Below, in pieces: positions 15,005-28,789 of a DNA stretch of 64,000 bases (position 1 is the first letter of the stretch; each line of letters starts with the position of its first letter). This DNA is from Auanema rhodensis. Taxonomy: Eukaryota > Animalia > Nematoda. The translations under genes were made by a program, and so were the position numbers. The notes under the pieces were generated by a model, which was not told the DNA's origin, did no database searches, and saw only the letters and a list, made by a program, of their open reading frames with translations. The DNA lies in NCBI GenBank assembly GCA_964057225.1, contig OZ059895.1, positions 12,586,001 to 12,650,000 of the forward strand. The letters run 5' to 3'.

Positions 15005-15123
15005 AGCTTACGGCACCCGGGATTCCCAAGCCGTCTCCGATCCAAGTACTAACCGGGCCCAACGTTGCTTGACTTGCCAGATCGGACGGGATGGCGTACT
15101 TTCAACGTGGTATGGTCGTAAGC
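15005..15123 (-). rRNA. 5S rRNA
   Basis: Full copy. Confidence 0.95.
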
Positions 15124-16730
15124 GAAAATACCTGATATTCAATGATTTACATACTTATCCTCGTTATTGTTTTTTTTCCAATTTCATGTTAGTTATGTAA
15201 TTTTCTACGTTACATCTAAATTCCTCGATGATATCAAATCTTATGAGCTCCAAATACAATAAATTAAAAAAGGTTTCACAGTTGTATAGTGTTTAAACAA
15301 TGTTTGTTTCAATAGGAAATAGATAGAAACAGTAAAGTTAAAATGAAGGTTCATAAACTACTGGTTTATAACTGTAATATAGAAATAAGATTGAAGATAT
15401 TTTGATGCCTTGGGTTGAGCTATCTAAGTAAAACTGCTGGAAAATTAAAAACATTTGTTACGGAAGAGATAAAATTGAAAATCAGCTGCATGGCGTACTT
15501 TCAACGTGGTATGGTCGTAAGCAAAAAAATCTGATATTCAATGATTTACATACTTATCCTCGTTATTGTTTTTTTTCCAATTTCATGTTAGTTATGTAAT
15601 TTTCTACGTTACATCTAAATTCCTCGATAATATCAAATCTTATGAGCTCCAAATACAATAAATTAAAAAAGGTTTCACAGTTGTATAGTGTTTGAACAAT
15701 GTTTGTTTCAATAGGAAATAGATAGAAACAGTAAAGTTAAAATGAAGGTTCATAAACTACTGGTTTATAACTGTAATATAGAAATAAGATTGAAGATATT
15801 TTGATGCCTTGGGTTGAGCTATCTAAGTAAAACTGCTGGAAAATTAAAAACATTTGTTACGGAAGAGATAAAATTGAAAATCAGCTGCATGGCGTACTTT
15901 CAACGTGGTATGGTCGTAAGCGAAAAAATCTGATATTCAATGATTTACATACTTATCCTCGTTATTGTTTTTTTTCCAATTTCATGTTAGTTATGTAATT
16001 TTCTACGTTACATCTAAATTCCTCGATGATATCAAATCTTATGAGCTCCAAATACAATAAATTAAAAAAGGTTTCACAGTTGTATAGTGTTTAAACAATG
16101 TTTGTTTCAATAGGAAATAGATAGAAACAGTAAAGTTAAAATGAAGGTTCATAAACTACTGGTTTATAACTGTAATATAGAAATAAGATTGAAGATATTT
16201 TGATGCCTTGGGTTGAGCTATCTAAGTAAAACTGCTGGAAAATTAAAAACATTTGTTACGGAAGAGATAAAATTGAAAATCAGCTGCATGGCGTACTTTC
16301 AACGTGGTATGGTCGTAAGCAAAAAAAACTGATATTCAATGATTTACATACTTATCCTCGTTATTGTTTTTTTTCCAATTTCATGTTAGTTATGTAATTT
16401 TCTACGTTACATCTAAATTCCTCGATGATATCAAATCTTATGAGCTCCAAATACAATAAATTAAAAAAGGTTTCACAGTTGTATAGTGTTTGAACAATGT
16501 TTGTTTCAATAGGAAATAGATAGAAACAGTAAAGTTAAGATGAAGGTTCATAAACTACTGGTTTATAACTGTAATATAGAAATAAGATTGAAGATATTTT
16601 GATGCCTTGGGTTGAGCTATCTAAGTAAAACTGCTGGAAAATTAAAAACATTTGTTACGGAAGAGATAAAATTGAAAATCAGCTGCATTGCGTACTTTCA
16701 ACGTGGTATGATCGTTAAAAAAAACTGAAA

Positions 16731-16849
16731 AGCTTACGGCACCCGGGATTCCCAAGCCGTCTCCGATCCAAGTACTAACCGGGCCCAACGTTGCTTGACT
16801 TGCCAGATCGGACGGGATGGCGTACTTTCAACGTGGTATGGTCGTAAGC
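16731..16849 (-). rRNA. 5S rRNA
   Basis: Full copy. Confidence 0.95.
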
Positions 16850-18057
16850 GAAAAAATCTGATATTCAATGATTTACATACTTATCCTCGTTATTGTTTTT
16901 TTTCCAATTTCATGTTAGTTATGTAATTTTCTACGTTACATCTAAATCCCTCGATGATATCAAATCTTATGAGATCCAAATACAATAAATTAAAAAAGGT
17001 TTCACAGTTGTATAGTGTTTAAACAATGTTTGTTTCAATAGGAAATAGATAGAAACAGTAAAGTTAAGATGAAGGTTCATAAACTACTGGTTTATAACTG
17101 TAATATAGAAATAAGATTGAAGATATTTTGATGCCTTGGGTTGAGCTATCTAAGTAAAACTGCTGGAAAATTAAAAACATTTGTTACGGAAGAGATAAAA
17201 TTGAAAATCAGCTGCATGGCGTACTTTCAACGTGGTATGGTCGTAAGCGAAAAAATCTGATATTCAATGATTTACATACTTATCCTCGTTATTGTTTTTT
17301 TTCCAATTTCATGTTAGTTATGTAATTTTCTACGTTACATCTAAATTCCTCGATGATATCAAATCTTATGAGCTCCAAATACAATAAATTAAAAAAGGTT
17401 TCACAGTTGTATAGTGTTTGAACAATGTTTGTTTCAATAGGAAATAGATAGAAACAGTAAAGTTAAGATGAAGGTTCATAAACTACTGGTTTATAACTGT
17501 AATATAGAAATAAGATTGAAGATATTTTGATGCCTTGGGTTGAGCTATCTAAGTAAAACTGCTGGAAAATTAAAAACATTTGTTACGGAATTGATAAAAT
17601 TGAAAATCAGCTGCATGGCGTACTTTCAACGTGGTATGGTCGTAAGCAAAAAAATCTGATATTCAATGATTTACATACTTATCCTCGTTATTGTTTTTTT
17701 TCCAATTTCATGTTAGTTATGTAATTTTCTACGTTACATCTAAATTCCTCGATGATATCAAATCTTATGAGCTCCAAATACAATAAATTAAAAAAGGTTT
17801 CACAGTTGTATAGTGTTTGAACAATGTTTGTTTCAATAGGAAATAGATAGAAACAGTAAAGTTAAGATGAAGGTTCATAAACTACTGGTTTATAACTGTA
17901 ATATAGAAATAAGATTGAAGATATTTTGATGCCTTGGGTTGAGCTATCTAAGTAAAACTGCTGGAAAATTAAAAACATTTGTTACGGAAGAGATAAAATT
18001 GAAAATCAGCTGCATTGCGTACTTTCAACGTGGTATGATCGTTAAAAAAAATTGAAA

Positions 18058-18176
18058 AGCTTACGGCACCCGGGATTCCCAAGCCGTCTCCGATCCAAGT
18101 ACTAACCGGGCCCAACGTTGCTTGACTTGCCAGATCGGACGGGATGGCGTACTTTCAACGTGGTATGGTCGTAAGC
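18058..18176 (-). rRNA. 5S rRNA
   Basis: Full copy. Confidence 0.95.
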
Positions 18177-18586
18177 GAAAATACCTGATATTCAATGATT
18201 TACATACTTATCCTCGTTATTGTTTTTTTTCCAATTTCATGTTAGTTATGTAATTTTCTACGTTACATCTAAATTCCTCGATGATATCAAATCTTATGAG
18301 CTCCAAATACAATAAATTAAAAAAGGTTTCACAGTTGTATAGTGTTTGAACAATGTTTGTTTCAATAGGAAATAGATAGAAACAGTAAAGTTAAGATGAA
18401 GGTTCATAAACTACTGGTTTATAACTGTAATATAGAAATAAGATTGAAGATATTTTGATGCCTTGGGTTGAGCTATCTAAGTAAAACTGCTGGAAAATTA
18501 AAAACATTTGTTACGGAAGAGATAAAATTGAAAATCAGCTGCATTGCGTACTTTCAACGTGGTATGATCGTTAAAAAAAACTGAAA

Positions 18587-18705
18587 AGCTTACGGCACCC
18601 GGGATTCCCAAGCCGTCTCCGATCCAAGTACTAACCGGGCCCAACGTTGCTTGACTTGCCAGATCGGACGGGATGGCGTACTTTCAACGTGGTATGGTCG
18701 TAAGC
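18587..18705 (-). rRNA. 5S rRNA
   Basis: Full copy. Confidence 0.95.
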
Positions 18706-19913
18706 GAAAAAATCTGATATTCAATGATTTACATACTTATCCTCGTTATTGTTTTTTTTCCAATTTCATGTTAGTTATGTAATTTTCTACGTTACATCTA
18801 AATCCCTCGATGATATCAAATCTTATGAGATCCAAATACAATAAATTAAAAAAGGTTTCACAGTTGTATAGTGTTTAAACAATGTTTGTTTCAATAGGAA
18901 ATAGATAGAAACAGTAAAGTTAAGATGAAGGTTCATAAACTACTGGTTTATAACTGTAATATAGAAATAAGATTGAAGATATTTTGATGCCTTGGGTTGA
19001 GCTATCTAAGTAAAACTGCTGGAAAATTAAAAACATTTGTTACGGAAGAGATAAAATTGAAAATCAGCTGCATGGCGTACTTTCAACGTGGTATGGTCGT
19101 AAGCGAAAAAATCTGATATTCAATGATTTACATACTTATCCTCGTTATTGTTTTTTTTCCAATTTCATGTTAGTTATGTAATTTTCTACGTTACATCTAA
19201 ATTCCTCGATGATATCAAATCTTATGAGCTCCAAATACAATAAATTAAAAAAGGTTTCACAGTTGTATAGTGTTTGAACAATGTTTGTTTCAATAGGAAA
19301 TAGATAGAAACAGTAAAGTTAAGATGAAGGTTCATAAACTACTGGTTTATAACTGTAATATAGAAATAAGATTGAAGATATTTTGATGCCTTGGGTTGAG
19401 CTATCTAAGTAAAACTGCTGGAAAATTAAAAACATTTGTTACGGAATTGATAAAATTGAAAATCAGCTGCATGGCGTACTTTCAACGTGGTATGGTCGTA
19501 AGCAAAAAAATCTGATATTCAATGATTTACATACTTATCCTCGTTATTGTTTTTTTTCCAATTTCATGTTAGTTATGTAATTTTCTACGTTACATCTAAA
19601 TTCCTCGATGATATCAAATCTTATGAGCTCCAAATACAATAAATTAAAAAAGGTTTCACAGTTGTATAGTGTTTGAACAATGTTTGTTTCAATAGGAAAT
19701 AGATAGAAACAGTAAAGTTAAGATGAAGGTTCATAAACTACTGGTTTATAACTGTAATATAGAAATAAGATTGAAGATATTTTGATGCCTTGGGTTGAGC
19801 TATCTAAGTAAAACTGCTGGAAAATTAAAAACATTTGTTACGGAAGAGATAAAATTGAAAATCAGCTGCATTGCGTACTTTCAACGTGGTATGATCGTTA
19901 AAAAAAATTGAAA

Positions 19914-20032
19914 AGCTTACGGCACCCGGGATTCCCAAGCCGTCTCCGATCCAAGTACTAACCGGGCCCAACGTTGCTTGACTTGCCAGATCGGACGGGA
20001 TGGCGTACTTTCAACGTGGTATGGTCGTAAGC
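19914..20032 (-). rRNA. 5S rRNA
   Basis: Full copy. Confidence 0.95.
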
Positions 20033-21240
20033 GAAAATACCTGATATTCAATGATTTACATACTTATCCTCGTTATTGTTTTTTTTCCAATTTCATGTTA
20101 GTTATGTAATTTTCTACGTTACATCTAAATTCCTCGATGATATCAAATCTTATGAGCTCCAAATACAATAAATTAAAAAAGGTTTCACAGTTGTATAGTG
20201 TTTAAACAATGTTTGTTTCAATAGGAAATAGATAGAAACAGTAAAGTTAAAATGAAGGTTCATAAACTACTGGTTTATAACTGTAATATAGAAATAAGAT
20301 TGAAGATATTTTGATGCCTTGGGTTGAGCTATCTAAGTAAAACTGCTGGAAAATTAAAAACATTTGTTACGGAAGAGATAAAATTGAAAATCAGCTGCAT
20401 GGCGTACTTTCAACGTGGTATGGTCGTAAGCGAAAAAATCTGATATTCAATGATTTACATACTTATCCTCGTTATTGTTTTTTTTCCAATTTCATGTTAG
20501 TTATGTAATTTTCTACGTTACATCTAAATCCCTCGATGATATCAAATCTTATGAGATCCAAATACAATAAATTAAAAAAGGTTTCACAGTTGTATAGTGT
20601 TTAAACAATGTTTGTTTCAATAGGAAATAGATAGAAACAGTAAAGTTAAGATGAAGGTTCATAAACTACTGGTTTATAACTGTAATATAGAAATAAGATT
20701 GAAGATATTTTGATGCCTTGGGTTGAGCTATCTAAGTAAAACTGCTGGAAAATTAAAAACATTTGTTACGGAAGAGATAAAATTGAAAATCAGCTGCATG
20801 GCGTACTTTCAACGTGGTATGGTCGTAAGCGAAAAAATCTGATATTCAATGATTTACATACTTATCCTCGTTATTGTTTTTTTTCCAATTTCATGTTAGT
20901 TATGTAATTTTCTACGTTACATCTAAATTCCTCGATGATATCAAATCTTATGAGCTCGAAATACAATAAATTAAAAAAGGTTTCACAGTTGTATAGTGTT
21001 TGAACAATGTTTGTTTCAATAGGAAATAGATAGAAACAGTAAAGTTAAGATGAAGGTTCATAAACTACTGGTTTATAACTGTAATATAGAAATAAGATTG
21101 AAGATATTTTGATGCCTTGGGTTGAGCTATCTAAGTAAAACTGCTGGAAAATTAAAAACATTTGTTACGGAATTGATAAAATTGAAAATCAGCTGCATTG
21201 CGTACTTTCAACGTGGTATGATCGTTAAAAAAAATTGAAA

Positions 21241-21359
21241 AGCTTACGGCACCCGGGATTCCCAAGCCGTCTCCGATCCAAGTACTAACCGGGCCCAACG
21301 TTGCTTGACTTGCCAGATCGGACGGGATGGCGTACTTTCAACGTGGTATGGTCGTAAGC
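21241..21359 (-). rRNA. 5S rRNA
   Basis: Full copy. Confidence 0.95.
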
Positions 21360-23366
21360 GAAAATACCTGATATTCAATGATTTACATACTTATCCTCGT
21401 TATTGTTTTTTTTCCAATTTCATGTTAGTTATGTAATTTTCTACGTTACATCTAAATTCCTCGATGATATCAAATCTTATGAGCTCCAAATACAATAAAT
21501 TAAAAAAGGTTTCACAGTTGTATAGTGTTTAAACAATGTTTGTTTCAATAGGAAATAGATAGAAACAGTAAAGTTAAAATGAAGGTTCATAAACTACTGG
21601 TTTATAACTGTAATATAGAAATAAGATTGAAGATATTTTGATGCCTTGGGTTGAGCTATCTAAGTAAAACTGCTGGAAAATTAAAAACATTTGTTACGGA
21701 AGAGATAAAATTGAAAATCAGCTGCATGGCGTACTTTCAACGTGGTATGGTCGTAAGCGAAAAAATCTGATATTCAATGATTTACATACTTATCCTCGTT
21801 ATTGTTTTTTTTCCAATTTCATGTTAGTTATGTAATTTTCTACGTTACATCTAAATTCCTCGATGATATCAAATCTTATGAGCTCCAAATACAATAAATT
21901 GAAAAAGGTTTCACAGTTGTATAGTGTTTGAACAATGTTTGTTTCAATAGGAAATAGATAGAAACAGTAAAGTTAAGATGAAGGTTCATAAACTACTGGT
22001 TTATAACTGTAATATAGAAATAAGATTGAAGATATTTTGATGCCTTGGGTTGAGCTATCTAAGTAAAACTGCTGGAAAATTAAAAACATTTGTTACGGAA
22101 GAGATAAAATTGAAAATCAGCTGCATGGCGTACTTTCAACGTGGTATGGTCGTAAGCGAAAAAATCTGATATTCAATGATTTACATACTTATCCTCGTTA
22201 TTGTTTTTTTTCCAATTTCATGTTAGTTATGTAATTTTCTACGTTACATCTAAATTCCTCGATGATATCAAATCTTATGAGCTCCAAATACAATAAATTA
22301 AAAAAGGTTTTACAGTTGTATAGTGTTTGAACAATGTTTGTTTCAATAGGAAATAGATAGAAACAGTAAAGTTAAAATGAAGGTTCATAAACTACTGGTT
22401 TATAACTGTAATATAGAAATAAGATTGAAGATATTTTGATGCCTTCGGTTGAGCTATCTAAGTAAAACTGCTGGAAAATTAAAAACATTTGTTACGGAAG
22501 AGATAAAATTGAAAATCAGCTGCATGGCGTACTTTCAACGTGGTATGGTCGTAAGCGAAAAAATCTGATATTCAATGATTTACATACTTATCCTCGTTAT
22601 TGTTTTTTTTCCAATTTCATGTTAGTTATGTAATTTTCTACGTTACATCTAAATTCCTCGATGATATCAAATCTTATGAGCTCCAAATACAATAAATTGA
22701 AAAAGGTTTCACAGTTGTATAGTGTTTGAACAATGTTTGTTTCAATAGGAAATAGATAGAAACAGTAAAGTTAAAATAAAGGTTCATAAACTACTGGTTT
22801 ATAACTGTAATATAGAAATAAGATTGAAGATATTTTGATGCCTTGGGTTGAGCTATCTAAGTAAAACTGCTGGAAAATTAAAAACATTTGTTACGGAAGA
22901 GATAAAATTGAAAATCAGCTGCATGGCGTACTTTCAACGTGGTATGGTCGTAAGCGAAAAAATCTGATATTCAATGATTTACATACTTATCCACGTTATT
23001 GTTTTTTTTCCAATTTCATGTTAGTTATGTAATTTTCTACGTTACATCTAAATTCCTCGATGATATCAAATCTTATGAGCTCCAAATACAATAAATTAAA
23101 AAAGGTTTCACAGTTGTATAGTGTTTGAACAATGTTTGTTTCAATAGGAAATAGATAGAAACAGTAAAGTTAAAATGAAGGTTCATAAACTACTGGTTTA
23201 TAACTGTAATATAGAAATAAGATTGAAGATATTTTGATGCCTTCGGTTGAGCTATCTAAGTAAAACTGCTGGAAAATTAAAAACATTTGTTACGGAAGAG
23301 ATAAAATTGAAAATCAGCTGCATTGCGTACTTTCAACGTGGTATGATCGTTAAAAAAAAATTGAAA

Positions 23367-23485
23367 AGCTTACGGCACCCGGGATTCCCAAGCCGTCTCC
23401 GTTCCAAGTACTAACCGGGCCCAACGTTGCTTGACTTGCCAGATCGGACGGGATGGCGTACTTTCAACGTGGTATGGTCGTAAGC
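23367..23485 (-). rRNA. 5S rRNA (variant, TTGGAACGG in the C-box region)
   Basis: Full copy, tccgttccaag instead of tccgatccaag. Confidence 0.9.
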
Positions 23486-24295
23486 GAAAATACCTGATAT
23501 TCAATGATTTACATACTTATCCTCGTTATTGTTTTTTTTTCCAATTTCATGTTAGTTATGTAATTTTCTACGTTACATCTAAATTCCTCGATGATATCAA
23601 ATCTTATGAGCTCCAAATACAATAAATTAAAAAAGGTTTCACAGTTGTATAGTGTTTAAACAATGTTTGTTTCAATAGGAAATAGAAAGAAACAGTAAAG
23701 TTAAGATGAAGGTTCATAAACTACTGGTTTATAACTGTAATATAGAAATAAGATTGAAGATATTTTGATGCCTTGGGTTGAGCTATCTAAGTAAAACTGC
23801 TGGAAAATTAAAAACATTTGTTACGGAAGAGATAAAATTGAAAATCAGCTGCATGGCGTACTTTCAACGTGGTATGGTCGTAAGCGAAAAAATCTGATAT
23901 TCAATGATTTACATACTTATCCTCGTTATTGTTTTTTTTCCAATTTCATGTTAGTTATGTGATTTTCTACGTTACATCTAAATCCCTCGATGATATCAAA
24001 TCTTATGAGATCCAAATACAATAAAATAAAAAAGGTTTCACAGTTGTATAGTGTTAAAACAATGTTTGTTTCAATAGGAAATAGATAGAAACAGTAAAGT
24101 TAAGATGAAGGTTCATAAACTACTGGTTTATAACTGTAATATAGAAATAAGATTGAAGATATTTTGATGCCTTGGGTTGAGCTATCTAAGTAAAACTGCT
24201 GGAAAATTAAAAACATTTGTTACGGAAGAGATAAAATTGAAAATCAGCTGCATTGCGTACTTTCAACGTGGTATGATCGTTAAAAAAATTTGAAA

Positions 24296-24414
24296 AGCTT
24301 ACGGCACCCGGGATTCCCAAGCCGTCTCCGATCCAAGTACTAACCGGGCCCAACGTTGCTTGACTTGCCAGATCGGACGGGATGGCGTACTTTCAACGTG
24401 GTATGGTCGTAAGC
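24296..24414 (-). rRNA. 5S rRNA
   Basis: Full copy. Confidence 0.95.
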
Positions 24415-24824
24415 GAAAATACCTGATATTCAATGATTTACATACTTATCCTCGTTATTGTTTTTTTTCCAATTTCATGTTAGTTATGTGATTTTCTACG
24501 TTACATCTAAATCCCTCGATGATATCAAATCTTATGAGATCCAAATACAATAAAATAAAAAAGGTTTCACAGTTGTATAGTGTTAAAACAATGTTTGTTT
24601 CAATAGGAAATAGATAGAAACAGTAAAGTTAAGATGAAGGTTCATAAACTACTGGTTTATAACTGTAATATAGAAATAAGATTGAAGATATTTTGATGCC
24701 TTGGGTTGAGCTATCTAAGTAAAACTGCTGGAAAATTAAAAACATTTGTTACGGAAGAGATAAAATTGAAAATCAGCTGCATTGCGTACTTTCAACGTGG
24801 TATGATCGTTAAAAAAATTTGAAA

Positions 24825-24943
24825 AGCTTACGGCACCCGGGATTCCCAAGCCGTCTCCGATCCAAGTACTAACCGGACCCAACGTTGCTTGACTTGCCAG
24901 ATCGGACGGGATGGCGTACTTTCAACGTGGTATGGTCGTAGGC
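24825..24943 (-). rRNA. 5S rRNA abutting the left TIR; first 3 nt (GCC) come from the transposon end
   Basis: ...tatggtcgta|ggcctttc; also a ggaccc SNP. Confidence 0.85.
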
Positions 24944-25415
24944 CTTTCTACAAGTACGGAGAAATGTATAGGCGGGATTGCGTACATACTACTTGTGCGG
25001 ACCGTTTGATACAAGTACGGGAAAATGAATAAATAGGATCGTGTACATATTACATCTACGGACTCTTTAATTACGTAGACAATCATTTTAAACACATACT
25101 ACTTTTACGGAATGTATAATTCCACTTAACTTTTGTTATGTTTCGATAGGTTTTTTAAACTCTAAATTCATATTTATATCAAACATTCTTTCTAACACAA
25201 TATTAAATTCAAAAATTTTGAATATATTAGTCACTGTCCTGTTGGTATGTATCGTTGATGTCTTTATCTTCAAAATCGAAAGATGATGCTGTTGTGGTAT
25301 AGCTTTAAGATGAAAACCCTGTTAAATAAGTTCAAACTTACTCTACCAGTCCTGCAAAGCGTCTGCTATAATTATTCTGACTGAACTGTTTTCCTTTACG
25401 TTTTCGAAATTTGGT
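24941..25415 (+). repeat. Left TIR (475 bp)
   Basis: ggcctttctacaagtacgg...ttttcgaaatttggt pairs with accaaatttcgaaaa...ccgtacttgtagaaaggcc. Confidence 0.95.
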
Positions 25416-25540
25416 AAAGAAAATGAACTATTATAATGGGTGGTCCTACTGGGTGGTCTGTCTTTTTCTCTGAAAAAGCTCCTTGTCTGTCTGTCGTGTT
25501 CTTTTTTTCGCCATATATTTTGGTGATGTTATCTCAAACA

Positions 25541-28392
25541 ATGAGTACCAAGTACTTCTCTCTTACGAAAGTTGTTGAATTGTTGAACTCAAAAAGGTAA
25601 GATGTTTCCTTATTTTTTTCATTCATTTTTCAAATTATTTATTATTGTAGTCAAAAGGATTCTTTGGAAGTATTTCCAAATTTAAAAGAAATGAAAGCAG
25701 GGAAACTAATTTTTACTGTGTCGAGGGAAAACATCAGTACTCTTGCTAGCATTACTCGTGATTGTTTTGCACCCTGGACCGGCAATTGTAACATAGCGAA
25801 TATGTGCTATACATATGTATATTTATTTATTTTGTTCCAGTCAATAATAAACGGTTCACTACCACCACAGATAAGGCATGTTTATATTATGAAGATGGGA
25901 AATTCTTGGAGAATGACAATGGAAGTAATATTATTTTAAAAATTTTTAGGAATGATCACCGAGAGTTTCCAGCTTTCTATAGAGAAGTGTGAAAACGTAT
26001 CTTAATAATAATATAAAAATAAAATTCAGATTTACTACGTATTGAACAATCAAGAGTTATTTTCAGATGTTCTTTACGTATATACTAGTGAGGTATTCAA
26101 TATTTAATAATTATTAATGCTTTGTTGTTATATCTTAAGTTCAATTTTACCATACCGGAAAGAAACGTTAAGAGAAGGCTTGATCCAGCAGACTCCGAAC
26201 ATGCAAAAGAAGTTCTAAAATTTAGAACCACCCGAGAAGCTCATAATATGCTTCAGGATGAAGGTATGACAATTTCCAGAAAAACAGTTAGTTTACTAAA
26301 AACGTTATTTAACTTTCTACTACTTTTAAGTTGAGCAGTTTAAGCCGTAGCGTTAAAGACCATGTTAAAACCCGTCAGGGTAGAAAAAGTCCAATTGATT
26401 TTTATTCAATTATGGATAGATATTTAGCTCAGATACACCCTGAAGAAAAATTAGATAAGCCTATTATAGAAAAACATGGTATTTTTCTTTGCAGATCGTA
26501 CCGAAATTTAAGATTTATATTTGAAGTCGATGGTTCTTTGAAAGTTCGAGTACTTATTGGTTATCCTGTAGCAGTAACCTGTTTTTCACGTGCCCTTCCG
26601 ACTAAAGAAGATTTAGAAAATCATCACATAGCAGTAAAAAAGTTGAATTTTATGGACAAAGAAGATCGAGACAATTATTTCGGTTAGCTCTTCTAAATTT
26701 ATTGTCATTTTATAATAGTCTTATAGCTTCATTTCTTTCAACAACAAACGAAAGTGGAAGTTTACCAGTTGTAGGATCATGTGTCATGATAGACACAACA
26801 TTCTCGCTTTGTACATCTGAATATGTCACTCTCGTGTTAGGTGTTAGTGAAACTTTCAAGTTAGTGGCTGATCAAAATCTAATTAAACATTAATTACTAG
26901 ATCGCGTACATCCGGGAAAAGTTCATCATTGCTTCTAGCTCTTATGATTCATTCTCGTAAAGAAAATGAGGATCACGAAAATTTTAGTCACTTTCTTAAT
27001 TCATTGTTTAAAGAGTATGGAAATGACAGAACCGTAGGATTATTAGTCCACGACGGTGAAAGCAGTTTTAGTAATTACAATACGGTATTGTCAAGAGAGA
27101 GCTTATAAAAAAAATATTTTTAGGGTTCCTACTTCAAAGATGCATTATTGATTCGCTGCGATTTACATAGGATAGATAATTTGAAAGATGTTCTGAAGGA
27201 CGACGTGTATGACTTTGAAACAGTTAAAATAGCATTGTGGGGCGAGAAAAAAACAGTATTATATTTTGAAGAAAAATAAATAAAACCAAGTTTTTCAGAG
27301 AAACGGAAATCAGGTTCTCAAAAGAGGTATTCTTGATTCGTTAAATAAAACAGAATTTTCACAAAGCATGATCAGATATATTTCTTCTTTGAACGATGGG
27401 AAGCTTAAATCTTGGTTTACTTTTACTTTTTATCATGTTGACGTTCATTTACTTAGGCTCACATCAAATTTTGATAATTTGTTTACATTTAACAGTATGT
27501 TCTCAAAATTGTTAGCTGGATGGCCGGTTCAGTTTTTGTCCTCGAATATCATTGAAGCAAAAAATGCTCATATAAAAATGTTGATTGATCATAAAAAACC
27601 AGCGCAAAAAATACTTGACGATTTTTTGCGATGCCATAAAGGTAAGATAACAATGATAATTCATCTAACTTACCCGTTTAGAGGAAATCCAGGAATGTGT
27701 TCGAGCAATCACGGGAGTACCTTCAAAACTTCTAACCGGAAATTCTTTCACCGCCTATGAATGGGCAAACATGAGCATATCAAAAAAAAGAGAAGTGTTC
27801 ACTATATTTGGTTTACAAAGTCTAATGCCAGGAGATATTCTCGAAAACGTTCCTAGTTTTCTACTACCGGGTATTTTTCTGATATAATATATGATATGAA
27901 TTAATTAAAAGTTATAGCTGGTAAAAATAACAGAGAAAATGTAATTCAATCCGTGGCAAACTTAACAGTTAAATCGGTGGACAATTGTTTTTTTCTTCTG
28001 AACAGGGAAAGAAAATTTGAGTTAGTTATAATATTCAATATTCACTTGTAGTGTTAACAGATGTTCTTACGCAACTCTCGATGATGATGAACTAGTTTGT
28101 TTTCACTTTTCTTGCAAGAAAAAGTCTTTGAGGCTATGCATTCATCTGTAAAACTATCTCCAATTATTTTCATTGTTCCGAAAACTTTAGGATAGCTGTA
28201 TACATATTCATGGAGCCCATTCAAAAAGAAAAAGTTCTGAAGAAAAGGCAAGAAAAAATTAACGAAATTTCTTGTGTTAATCTTATGAGAATTCAAATGC
28301 ATCCCAGTAACGGAACCAAATTTCGAAAACGTAAAGGAAAACAGTTCAGTCAGAATAATTATAGCAGACGCTTTGCAGGACTGGTAGAGTAA
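25541..28392 (+). CDS. Multi-exon MULE-type DDE transposase (exon model partly manual)
   Basis: Candidate ATG at 25541, first intron aaaag|gtaag...ttgtag. Manual splicing across ~40-55-bp GT-AG introns gives ...CVMIDTTFSLCTSEYVT (D at 26792)...LMIHSRKENEDHENF...LLVHDGESSF (D at 27052)...LIRCDLHRIDN (CxxH at 27157-27168)...SSNIIEAKNAHIK (E at 27554). This matches the MULE order D-x-T-F / D-x-E / CxxH / N-x-x-E-S/A-x-N. The last ORF piece, 28210-28392, is basic (KFRKRKGK). 3' exon boundaries are uncertain. Confidence 0.78.
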
Positions 28393-28789
28393 GTTTGAAC
28401 TTATTTAACAGGGTTTTCATCTTAAAGCTATAGCACAACAGCATCATCTTTCGATTTTGAAGATAAGGACATCAACGATACATACCAACAGGACAGTGAC
28501 TAATATATTCAAAATTTTTGAATTTAATATTGTGTTAGAAAGAATGTTTGATATAAATATGAATTTAGAGTTTAAAAAACCTATCGAAACATAACAAAAG
28601 TTAAGTGGAATTATACATTCCGTAAAAGTAGTATGTGTTCAAAATGATTGTCTACGTAATTAAAGAGTCCGTAGATGTAATATGTACACGATCCTATTTA
28701 TTCATTTTCCCGTACTTGTATCAAACGGTCCGCACAAGTAGTATGTACGCAATCCCGCCTATACATTTCTCCGTACTTGTAGAAAGGCC
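28315..28789 (-). repeat. Right TIR (475 bp)
   Basis: Reverse complement of the left TIR. Confidence 0.95.

Larger units (their letters stand above)
1..24940 (-). repeat. 5S rDNA tandem array (left arm): 529-bp units with a full 5S gene interspersed with 399-bp units carrying only a 5' 5S fragment
   Basis: Marker gatattttgatgcc recurs at 1, 530, 929, 1328, 1857 (spacings 529/399). Full 119-nt genes have low coordinates 139, 1466, 3990, 4918, 6245, 7572, 9298, 11822, 12351, 13678, 15005, 16731, 18058, 18587, 19914, 21241, 23367, 24296, 24825 (19 copies). By length arithmetic about 38 deleted units lie between them. The array continues beyond the window start. Confidence 0.97.
24941..28789 (+). 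mobile_element. Mutator-like (MULE/MuDR) DNA transposon, 3849 bp, with 475-bp terminal inverted repeats
   Basis: 24941-25415 is the reverse complement of 28315-28789 (3 mismatches found by eye). Ends are GGCC...GGCC with TA immediately outside. The internal spliced transposase carries MULE-type D/D/CxxH/E motifs. Confidence 0.88.

Noticed and set aside
1-17530. Apparent 4380-bp higher-order repeat (same phase at 1, 4381, 8761, 13141, 17521)
   Set aside because: It equals 3x529+7x399, but the positions of full genes differ between blocks, so it is not a true repeat.
23431-23625. 64-aa ORF in the 5S array
   Set aside because: Antisense to 5S and open only because of one extra T in a homopolymer.
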